64,000 bases of DNA from Daphnia carinata (Eukaryota): the NCBI RefSeq assembly GCF_022539665.2, contig NC_081333.1:3906001-3970000 (forward strand). Direction: 5' to 3'. A program made the translations under genes and the position numbers. Shown here in pieces: positions 44,746-59,155 of this stretch; position 1 is the stretch's first letter; each line of letters begins with the position of its first letter. The notes below the pieces were generated by a model. The model ran no database searches, was not told where the DNA came from, and saw only the letters and a list, made by a program, of their open reading frames with translations.

Positions 44746-45120
44746 TTACTTGTGTTTGAGATTTCCTAAGACTTTTCAATAAAGGTCAAATTTTGAAAAA
44801 AAAATTTTTTTTTCTACTAATTTCACCATTCACACGCGACCCGTTGAAATATTTAAAATGGGACGTTCAAAAACTCAAAAATGATTTAACACTAGTATTG
44901 TACTGGTAGTAAGAAAGGGCTTTGTTTTTTAATGAACTTAAAGCAGGCGAAATTTAAAAGCTCATTTCGGCCTTTGCCCTAAGGGCATTTTTTGGACTTG
45001 ACTTGGACTGTTACCCAGTTTTAGCTTGAGTTTCCGAATCGTATGAGAAAGTAACACTGAAATATTTTTTTTTTTACGTTTTATAAAGATTCATATTGGT
45101 GTATTCCGCGAATAGAGAAG

Positions 45121-47001
45121 ATGACCCTAAGTACCTAAAAAACCTAAAATTATTTACTAAATATAAAAATTTATTTTGTTTTTGAAATAGATTTGACTTC
45201 TGATGTTGTTGAAAGACTTAATAATAGCTTTCACAAAGATCCAAAGAATTTGCTTGCCCAAAATGCTTGCACAAAATATGATCCTCTAGAGATGTGCTTG
45301 TCCAGGAAGCGTCTAGAAGAAATTCATCATGTTTTCACACACAAAGTATCTATCTGGTTCTCAATTTTAATTCTGGTTGGAAGTCATTTATATCTCTGAA
45401 GGTTGATGAAGTAAAGCCTATGACTAACCAAAAAAGTTCAGGGAGGTGCTGGATTTTTGCCCTGTTAAATGCCATGAGAATTCCATTTGTTAAGCAATAC
45501 AACTTGGAAGAATTTGAGTTTAGTCAAGCTCATCTCTTTTTTTGGGATAAAGTAAGGAATGTCAATTAGAGCTCAAGATAGTATATGTGATATAAGTTGA
45601 TTGATTAGGTGGAGAGGAGCAATTACTTTCTTAATACTGTGGTTGATGTAGCAAAGCGGGGCGAGAAAGTTGATGGTAGACTCTTTGCCTTTCTGCTACA
45701 GGTTAGTTAATACATTTTGCATCTATTTTACAATGATAATTTTTTGTTTGTTTCAGGATCCTACAAGTGATGGAGGGCAATGGGATATGCTGGTGAATCT
45801 GATTACTCGCTATGGAGTGATGCCAAAAAAATGCTTTCCTGATTCATTCAGCAGTGAATCCAGTTTCCGCATGAACTCCATTCTAAAAAGCAAGGTATTT
45901 TAGTTGAAAACATGTTTTTGGAAACGTTATCAGCGATTGTTTTTGAGCAGCTGCGCGAGTATGCCAAGTTGCTACAAGACATGGTAGGCGAAGGTGAATC
46001 CACAGAAAAGATACGGGAACGCATGGAAGAATTCATGCAAAATATCTATCGAATTGTTGCAATTTGCCTAGCGATCCCACCAAAAACGTAATAATCATAG
46101 CTCACTGACAGTTCGTGAAGAGCTTCAAACTATAGGTTGAAATCCTGTTTCTTTTTGCACTCCAACTAGGTTCACATGGGAATACTATGATAAAGCTAAA
46201 CAATACTGCGTTGTGGAAAAAATGGAACCCAAACTCTTCTACGAAAACTTTGTTAAATCTTTATACAATGTGGAAAACAAGGTAGCGCTGTTTGCTTATC
46301 TATTCAACATTAATAAGGTTCTTCATATACGTTTATTACAGGTTTGCCTTGTTTCTGATCCTCGCCCTAGCAATCCTTATGGGAAAGGCTACACAGTGGA
46401 TTGTCTTGGAAACATGGTGGGTGGTCGAAAGACATTCTACATTAATCAACCCATCGAGATACTAGCGCAGTTGGCCAGTCAATCCATTGAAGCTAACGAA
46501 GGTGTTTGGCTTGGTTGTGAAGTCTCCAAGCGATTTTCAGCCAAGCATGGCATTGAGGATTTACAAATGTGAGTGTTTCTTTCGTTAAAGCGTTGCCTTT
46601 TACTAACAATGTTATTATACTACCTAATATGTAGACACGATTATCCGTCAGTGTTTGGTGTCGATGTTTACACATGCTTGTCGAAAGCAGATCGTCTGAT
46701 TTTTGGTGATTCGTTGATGACCCACGCCATGCTGATAACAGCCGTCACGCTCGATAAAGAAACGAAACAGCCGCGCAAATGGCGCGTGGAAAACAGTTGG
46801 GGAGATGACCGTGGTGAAAAAGGTTATCTGCTCATTACACAGGAGTGGTTTGAGCAATTTGTTTTTGAAGTAGTTATTGATAAGCGTTTTGTACCAGAAG
46901 AAATATTGCAAATCTGCAATGTCGAGCCAATTATTTTGCCTGCTTGGGATCCCATGGGAAACCTCGCAACCATGTTTAAAAATTTCGAAGAAACGGTTTA
47001 A
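45121..47001 (+). CDS. BLMH: Bleomycin hydrolase (peptidase C1B)
   Basis: TNQKSSGRCWIF (Cys), DGGQWDM, MTHAM (His), WRVENSWG (Asn), PAWDPMGNLA. Confidence 0.96.
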
Positions 47002-47451
47002 ATTAATTTTGCAGCATGGAGAAAGAATAATAGCGTAGAATCGAATTTGCTAAATACTACGCTATATCTCATTCTCTATGTCTACCAATAACTAATATAG
47101 TGAGCAGGACAATTTCAACACTTCCTCCATTTACCTCTTCCAATTACCAGTTTGCACAATTTTTTACGAACTAATAACCAAGCGGCTCAGTGACTTACAA
47201 AATTTGCGTAAGCTCGTCATTTGCCAAGTTTGCCCATTTCACTTGATGTTTGTACTTTTGATATAACAGGAAATAAAGGAGGAATCCCAAGTAAAGAAAC
47301 AAAGTAGTAGGAAATAAAATAGTGATGCAACGATTTTAGAACGAGTTGTGTGTATCCCTTGGGAGATCGTAGGAAAACGATGTAACGAAAAATACAGGAG
47401 AGAGCAACACGAATTGCTTTGAATTTCAAGCGTTCCACTGATTGCTTGCTG

Positions 47452-47992
47452 CTAATCCTGAACATTGCTACGTTTGAAAACAGGAGATGTCAATTGCGCG
47501 ATGGCTTGCAACGCACTATCTCTTTTGGCACGCAGAATTCGACTTAGTTTCTTCATCTCTTCAGTCTTGGAAATGATTTCGCTTTGTACGTTTACTTCTT
47601 TTTCTTCCATCTTTCCCAAACTCGAATAATATTTTTCCATTTCCGTGTTAATTGCATTGAAAGCGTCTAATTAAAAACTTAAACAAATGATTTTCCGAAC
47701 TAGCAAAAGTAGATATTTTTTCTACCTTGAAAGAACGTATCGTATGATTCTGGTGTTGTACATTCATCCGTTGGCAGAATGCTCGAATCGAAGCGATTTC
47801 TTCAAGGAAACAGAACGATTAAATACGGTTCATTTTTTTAAAGATATAACAAAAACAATACGCTGGACACGGTTGCTCCTCATGGGTTTGAAATTTGTAA
47901 TTTTCGGCATGAACAACTTCATTCCCTGATAGCTGCATTGTTGATTTCGTCATAGCCAAGCACTCCGAATTCGTACGTTGACTATTACTCAT
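47452..47992 (-). CDS. Small uncharacterised protein with C-terminal coiled coil (3 exons)
   Basis: ATG at 47992; two ~60 bp GT-AG introns keep frame into ORF 47452-47640. Confidence 0.55.
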
Positions 47993-49182
47993 CTTTGAAA
48001 AGCCTCTGAAAATAACTAGTTATCGTAGTAGACAATAACTTCTTAAAACACGGAGTTACCCAAATCACAAATTCAGGCGGTGTAAAATTAATTGTTTGAT
48101 GTTATGTAAAATGAATTTTGAAGCACTAACTACTAGCAGATCACAGTCGACAATCCTCACGTGCGCGAATCTGGTAGGTACCAAAGAGCAGAATAAATAT
48201 GTTTTTTAATGGCGGAGTTCCTAGTAGGTATTCCCATAATAAGAAAATATTCTTAAAAAACAGATACATGAAGGAAAATGAAAAAGATACAGAACAAATA
48301 TTAACGATTTCTCATAAAATTATGGCACACAATTTTGGCTCAAAATAAATTTTCGTGTGTGTGTGCAAAAACTCAAAAAAGTAGGCTAAAATGGCAGGGT
48401 TGTCTGACCTCAACGAGTTCGGCTAGGACCGTTTGTGTATCGTACGTATACAATTAGGGCTAGGGTTCGATCCCACGTTCAATCGATAGGTATTTGGGCG
48501 AATAGGTAGGCCTACTCGGCTTAAAAATTGGATCCGGTAGGTAACAATTCTTCAAATTTTGTGTTTACTACCTACCCAGTTACATGTGGAAAATGCAAAT
48601 TATAAACCAGTTGTGTTACCCAGTTTTAAAACCCGGTTAGCCCTCATTTCTTCCCGATTACCCGGGTGTTCCTCCGATTGTTTTCCACACGCGACAATTT
48701 CCGTCACAATATGACATCATCAACCAGTTGTCCATCAAACCCGGCCCAGCGTACTATTTTGGCAAATACACTACCCTGATCGTCCATGGTCGACTATTGG
48801 GCAGCGATCCGTAGGTAATCCGGGTTTTCGAGAATCGGGGCCGAGCCATATTTTGATTTACGGAATTTAGATATTTTTCGGTTAATGTTTGATGGGAAAA
48901 AAGTTCGAAATAAATTCAATTTCAACTTTATTGAGCTTGGATTTTTCCCCTGCTGTATGACTGAACTTTTCTTAAAGCGTAATTTCGAAAATTCATTGGT
49001 TACATGACAGAAATATCTGGCAACAGAGCACAATACTCTTATTATTCTGCTGTTCTAGTTCAATTTCATTCTCTTTGAATTGCTGAACTGGTAATGAGCT
49101 GTCTGATACTGTCTTACATTTCACTTGTCTTAATTTGTTTCTTAATTTAGTTGTTAGAAATTTTCTAGTTATTCTTTATTAA

Positions 49183-50937
<1,755 letters not shown>

Positions 50938-51141
50938 AAATTGAATTCGGTTATTTGAACGACATGCGGTTCTTTGTTGAACCCGAAAAATAGCAACTCA
51001 TTTAATTTCCATCGTCAAGCTGTTGAATGTACTGCAGAAAAAGTAAGCAAGGCGAGTTTGTTCGATTTTACCAATTGTCTCCACCTTTTTATGTAGCATT
51101 TAACTTTCTGTCGATTGGAAAAGTTACCATTGAAATGAAAG

Positions 51142-51147
51142 AATAAA
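51142..51147 (+). terminator. Likely EF1-alpha polyadenylation signal AATAAA
   Basis: AATAAA ~200 bp after the stop codon. Confidence 0.6.
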
Positions 51148-51195
51148 TGATGTGCTATGTTATCTATCTATGGCAATCCGTTTTACCCAGAAAAA

Positions 51196-51508
51196 GTAAT
51201 ACAAAGTTGTTATTGTTTGTTCTGGTATGAAAATAATACACAATAACAACTTTATGTTACCCAAACATATTTATGTATACCTAAAACACGCAATCATTCT
51301 AATTGTTTTTAGAATTACATTCATTATATTTGCTGCAGTACAAAATGGAAAGTTAATAGTTAATAGTAATAATGATTAAGTAACGTAAGTAGAATATAAC
51401 AAAATAATAATTCTATAGTTATATTTTAATTAACTAAAGATTAATTATAAATATATAATTTCTAGGTTATATAATTTCTTAAATTTATTAATTTATATGG
51501 CTAGAATG
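51196..51508 (+). repeat. AT-rich direct repeat, partner at 59447-59727
   Basis: Shared blocks such as TAGAATTACATTCATTATA, CAAAATGGAAAGTTAATAGTTAATAGT, TTTATATGGCTAGAAT. Confidence 0.85.
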
Positions 51509-51949
51509 TATGGCAATCCGTTTTACACAAAAAAACAAATTTCGCCAAAAAAAAACAACACTTTTTTCTTTTTTTCCGACACGTAGCCATCTACCGCTCA
51601 GACTCGTTATTACTGGCGCAGGCAATTTCAGTCCATTGGATGCCATTCGCAGCGTGGAGCGTTGCTGTTGCAATAATTGAGCCTGCAGGTCCATAATTTG
51701 ATCTAATAAACAATAATTAATAATTCAAAACAAATATAATAATATGGGAATCCGTTTTACATAAAAAAAAAAAAAAAATGCCGGAAAAAAAAAAAAGCGC
51801 ACTTTTTTCTCTTTTTTCTACCCGTAGCCATCTATCAGTCGGTTTCGTTATTACAGGCATGTAAGCAATTTGAGTTAATTGTATCCCATTAGCAGTTAAT
51901 TGAGTAGCGTGGCTGGAGAACAACGCGTGGCTGGAGGAACAATTGAAAA

Positions 51950-53343
51950 ATGGATAAGATAATAAAACAAAAAAATGGTAAGTATAAACATTATTATATT
52001 GGTTTTCAATTATTAATTATTGTTTATTAGATCAAATTATGAAGCTGCAGGCCCAGTTATTGGAACAACACAAAATATTAGATAACAAAGCTAAGGATCG
52101 TAGGCCTAACACGTAATGATTCTATTTATTTGCTTTTATTCATTCGTGTTTTGTAGCTCAAATTTTGAGTCTTCAAGCTCAGCTAGGGGAAAAGAACAAA
52201 TTGGAATGGAACAGTTTCCAAACAGTGAAGGAGGTTTTTTCAAAACTCATCTCTAACTGAACGTGAGGATGAGTTGGCATTAGGTGAACAAAGCCAGGTA
52301 CCTAAAGTTTTCAAATAAGAATTCAAAATAAGTATAGAATTTTAAAAAACAATTATTTATTGCTTAGTTATTCAGTCCACCACATGACAGTGTGTTAAAT
52401 TTAAATTCTGTTAGTGCTGCACTAAAAGAATCGTTAGTAATAAGCTCATGCAGTGAAGGAACTGAACAATTGTGGGAACGTATTTGGGCCGAAAATGGGT
52501 GTGGTACAGAAACCCAGAAATGGCACAAGTTCAACATGAAACATGGATTAGGTACTTTTCGGTTTTTTGTCTATCGAAAAAGTATTTTTAATGCTATTAT
52601 TTTGCATTCACAGATTTTAACGGGGGATCAAATCAAGTCTGGAAGTGTTACAGGATGGAAGAGTGAGCCTACAGATGAAAAAACACTGAGAGTGCATTAC
52701 CGTAAGGTGTGAGGTAAATTAATAGAGTAATGCAAATTGCCTAATGAGAAGTACCATCTTGTGTTAATGAATCCAGTACAACAGCAATCCTTTATAGTTC
52801 TGTCACAGCTAGAAGCCTCAAATAATTCTGCTTCTCTGTCTAAAGAACAACTTGTCCTTTACGTTCAGAGTGTTGGGGAAACTGGGTACTTAAATGGCCC
52901 TAAAGATGTTTTAATTTTGCTGCTATTGCAGAGATGAACATCATACATGGACTCTTTAGGTATGAAAGGATTTTTCTTCAAATAATTTTGAATTTATGAC
53001 GAAGAATTTCTCCTCCTTTTTGCCAACCAGGTCTAATCTACCAAAAAAAATTTTATCCAATAGGAAAGGATTTTCATGTACTGGGAACACAACTATCAAC
53101 AATGCAACATTGTACAGGTGCTAGTTTATCATTCAAGAGCCTTATACAATGAAGTTAATCTGCAATTTGTATGTCCTTTCCCAAGCTTCCACCAGAAGTT
53201 GAATCTATGAGTCATGTAAGTTCCATGATCAACAATTGATGTGTTTAACGGTGTTGTTTTTCTTTTCTCAATATAGGTTAATAGTAACATTGGATCTGAA
53301 AAGATTCTTGGTTGGGGCAAGACACTGAATAAATTGTATTGAT
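51950..53343 (+). pseudogene. Decayed intron-containing gene of unknown family, left arm
   Basis: Series of ~55-70 bp GT..AG introns (e.g. 51978-52030, 52298-52367, 52551-52613); stops and frameshifts in exons. Confidence 0.6.
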
Positions 53344-53983
53344 TGGATGGATGACATGACATTGCTATACTTAATTCGGATTCCCCAGACGGTATTTGAT
53401 ATTAAAAAAATTGAAGTGCATATCTGGGCTCCCTTCTTTTCTGAAGCCCCGTTTCCCCTTGACTCATAATAAGCCCGTAGGGGGTCATGCCCCTACTGTA
53501 CGGTATATATAAAAACAACATATACCGAGGTTTGGAGGGCTCTGGCCGGAAAGGGGACGTGGGGTGCCGCTTCGTCCGATGATGTGTTCACGGAGGGTGA
53601 CGTGGCTGCCCACAAATCCGAACTAAAGGTTAATCGCTCCTGTAAAAATGTTCCAAATCTTCAGCTCTTCTTCCGGCTTCTCTTAGCCAATCACCGGGTA
53701 ATCTCCCCGGTGGGTCAACAAGGCAGTGTCTCCCCCTGCCTGGGTTGACGGCAACTTTTGAAAGGGCTATTGTGCCTTTTTAAAGTTGCAAAAATAATTG
53801 TAATGTGCAGAGAATTGTCAATAAAATTTTTTTTATAAAATATTTTTTGCAAAATTCGTTTCTTTCATTGTCTGTGTTAGCTTTGTTCACACATTACATT
53901 TATCAATTTTTTTTTTTTGGCTTTGCTTTATTTGTTTTTGTCACATTTGATGGTAAGGTGACGGGTATTGGTTTATCGTCCTA

Positions 53984-54054
53984 TTATTATCCAGGGATCG
54001 AACCCTGGATGTTCGGCATACCTCGCCGATGCTCTACCAATGAGCCACGAATCA
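53984..54054 (-). other. tRNA-like sequence (degenerate; pseudo-tRNA or SINE head)
   Basis: TGGCTCATTGGTAGAGC (A box/D arm), stem TCGGC/GCCGA, GGTTCGATCCC (B box); acceptor stem poorly paired. Confidence 0.7.
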
Positions 54055-54170
54055 TATGATTTTAAGTTGGCTTTTTTTTCTAGTCACTTGTGGACTTGCA
54101 TTTACACTTAGAATAAAACTGAAATGCAATTCTGCAATATACTCTTGTACAATATTTTACTTCATTTTTA

Positions 54171-54242
54171 CACATCTACTGAGGTTTGAACCCAGGGTAA
54201 CAGGTATCGCAGATAAAAGCTCTACCACAGAGCTAAGAACCT
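54171..54242 (-). other. tRNA-like sequence (degenerate)
   Basis: TAGCTCTGTGGTAGAGC D arm; T arm CTGGG-TTCAAAC-CTCAG; anticodon arm not canonical. Confidence 0.65.
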
Positions 54243-54338
54243 TATGGAAACAATAGAAAGATAAACATATAGTTGTGAAAGACTGCATAAACATCCTAGA
54301 TGATAACATATGATATGCGATAATAAAAAATTTAAATA

Positions 54339-54409
54339 TATCTCGTGGCTCAATGTTAGAGCATCGGCGTTGCACGCTGAATGTCTGGGGATCGGTTCCC
54401 ATACGAGTA
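54339..54409 (+). other. tRNA-like sequence (degenerate, TGC in loop)
   Basis: TGGCTCAATGTTAGAGC D arm; TCGGC-GTTGCAC-GCTGA; degenerate T arm TGGG..CCCA. Confidence 0.6.
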
Positions 54410-55142
54410 AAACCAAATACAAAATTACTTCATAAAATATACAGATTGTTCCTTGAATCTAAGTTGAACAATTCAAAGAGTGTAATAAATAATACTTACA
54501 GATAAACGATAAACCAATGGAAACAATGCTTACCATCAAAGGTGACAAAAACAATAAAGGTGAATTAAGCAAGCTAAATATAAAAAGTGTAATGTGTGAA
54601 CACAGCGAATACAGACAATGAAAGAAACGAATTTTGCAAAAAATATTTTATAAAAAAAATTTTATTGACAATTCTCTGCACATTACAATTATTTTTGCAA
54701 CTTTAAAAAGGCACAATAGCCCTTTCAAAAGTTGCCGTCAACCCAGGCAGGGGGAGACACTGCCTTGTTGACCCACCGGGGAGATTACCCGGTGATTGGC
54801 TAAGAGAAGCCGGAAGAAGAGCTGAAGATTTGGAACATTTTTACAGGAGCGATTAACCTTTAGTTCGGATTTGTGGGCAGCCACGTCACCCTCCGTGAAC
54901 ACATCATCGGACGAAGCGGCACCCCACGTCCCCTTTCCGGCCAGAGCCCTCCAAACCTCGGTATATGTTGTTTTTATATATACCGTACAGTAGGGGCATG
55001 ACCCCCTACGGGCTTATTATGAGTCAAGGGGAAACGGGGCTTCAGAAAAGAAGGGAGCCCAGATATGCACTTCAATTTTTTTAATATCAAATACCGTCTG
55101 GGGAATCCGAATTAAGTATAGCAATGTCATGTCATCCATCCA

Positions 55143-56540
55143 ATCAATACAATTTATTCAGTGTCTTGCCCCAACCAAGAATCTTTTCAGATCCAATGTT
55201 ACTATTAACCTATATTGAGAAAAGAAAAACAACAACCATTAAGCATCTCAATTGTTGCTCATGTGACTTACATGACTCATAGATTCAACTTCTGGCAGAA
55301 GCTCGGGAAAGGCCATACAAATTGTAGATGAAAATCAATGTATAAGGCTCTTGAAGGATAAAATAACACCCCTAGAATGTTGCATTGTTGATAGTTGTGT
55401 TCCCAGTATGCTGAAAATCCTTTCCTATTGGATAAATTTTTTTTGTAGATTAGACATGGTTGGCAAAAAGGAGGAGAAAAGCTTCATCATAAATTCAAAA
55501 ATTTTTCAAGAAAATTCCTTTCATACCTAAAGAGTCCATGTATGATGTTCATCGCTGCAATGCCAGTGAAGTGAAACATCTTTAGGGCCATTTAAGTACC
55601 CAGCTTCACCAACACTCTGAGTGTATAGGACAAGTTGTTCTTTAGCAAGAGAAGCAGAATTATTTGAGGCTTCTAGCTATAACAGAACTATAAAGGATTG
55701 CTGTTACACAGGATTCATTCACACAAGATGGTACTTCTCATTAGACAATTTGCATACTCTATTACTTTACCTCATACCTTAATGGTAATGCACTTTCAGT
55801 GTTTTTCAACTGTAGGCTCACTCTTACATCCTGTAACACATCTAGACTTGACTTGATCCCCCACTAGAATTCTGTGAATGCAAAATAATAGCATTAAAAA
55901 TACTGTTTCGATAGACAAAAAACCAAAAAGTACCTAATTCATGTTTTATGTTGAACTCGTGCTATTTCTGGGTTTCCGTACCACACCCATTTTCAGCCCA
56001 AATACGGTCCCACAATTGTTCAATTCCTTCGCTGCATGGACTTATTACTAACAATTCTTTTAGTGCAGCACTAACAGAATTTAACTTTAACACACTGTCA
56101 GGTGGTAGATTGAATAACTAAGCAATAAATAATTGTTTGTTAAAATTCTATACTTATTTTGAATTCTTATTTGAAAAGTTTAGGTACCTGACTGTGTTCG
56201 CCTAATGCCAATTCATCCTCATGTTCAGTTAGGGATGAGTTTGGAAAAACCTCCTTCACTGTTTGGAAACTCTTCCATTCCAATTTGTTCTTTTCCCCTA
56301 GCTGAGCTTGTACACTCAAAATTTGAGCTACAAAACACAAATGAATAAAAGCAAATAAATAGAATCATTACGTATAAGCCCTTACCATCCTTAGCTTTGC
56401 TGTTATCTAATATTTTGTGTTGTTCCAATAATTGGGCCTGCAGCTTCATAATTTGATCTAATAAACAATAATTAATAATTGAAAACCAATATAATAATGT
56501 TTATACTTACCATCCTTTTGTTGTATTATCTTATCCATTT
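55143..56540 (-). pseudogene. Mirror copy of the decayed gene, right arm
   Basis: Reverse complement of left-arm copy with same splice signals. Confidence 0.6.
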
Positions 56541-56827
56541 TTCAAATGTTCCTCCAGCCACGCGTTATTCTCTCCATCCACGCTACTGAACTAACTGCGA
56601 ATGGCATCCAATGGACTGAAATTGCCTACGCCAGTAATAACGAGTCTGAGCGGTAGATGGCTACGTGTCGGAAAAAAAGAAAAAAGTGTGATTTTTTTTT
56701 TTTTTTTGGCGAAATATTTTTTTTTTTTTTTGTGTAAAACGGATTGCCATATAATAATGTTTATACGGATTGCCGTATGGCAATCCGTTTTACATAAAAA
56801 AAAAAAAAAAAATGGCGGAAAAAAAAT

Positions 56828-57215
56828 AGCCCTCCAAACCTCGGTATATGTTGTTTTTATATATACCGTACAGTAGGGGCATGATCCCCTACGGGCTTAT
56901 TATGAGTCAAGGGGAAACGGGGCTTCAGAAAGGAAGGGAGCCCAGATATGCACTTCAATTTATGAAAAATTTAATACCGTTTTTAATTGAGAATCTGAAT
57001 GAAGTATGGAAATTCCATGTAGTGTATTCAAACATAATAATTTATTCAGGACCTTGCCCCAAACAAGAAACCTTTTCAGATCAAAATTTATTGTTCATCT
57101 ATAATAAGACAGTAAAACACCATTAGGCATAAAAACTCTTAATTCATATATATAGTTCATACCTTACATGATTCGTGAGTTGATTGCGAGCATATTCTTC
57201 TGTCAGAAGCTTCAT
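56828..57215 (+). repeat. Third partial copy of palindrome arm interior
   Basis: 56828-56961 near-identical to 54945-55079, then weaker similarity to ~55080-55285. Confidence 0.8.
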
Positions 57216-57237
57216 TAGAGACATTTACGATTTTCGT

Positions 57238-59155
<1,918 letters not shown>

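Larger units (their letters stand above)
51509..56751. repeat. ~5.2 kb TIR-bounded palindrome (main arms ~51743-53979 and ~54507-56751)
   Basis: Continuous reverse-complement match between arms; mirrored ORFs (MASNGLKLP.., MKLQAQLL..) on opposite strands. Confidence 0.95.

Noticed and set aside
48456..48643. B-box-like GGTTCGATCCC and weak AGGGCTA/TAGCCCT inverted ends
   Set aside because: No A box or cloverleaf; inverted match too short to call an element
51950..53343. Transposase in palindrome arms
   Set aside because: No DDE or other transposase motif recognisable in the fragmented frames
53984..54409. Functional tRNA genes
   Set aside because: Acceptor stems poorly paired, T loop or anticodon loop non-canonical; reported only as tRNA-like
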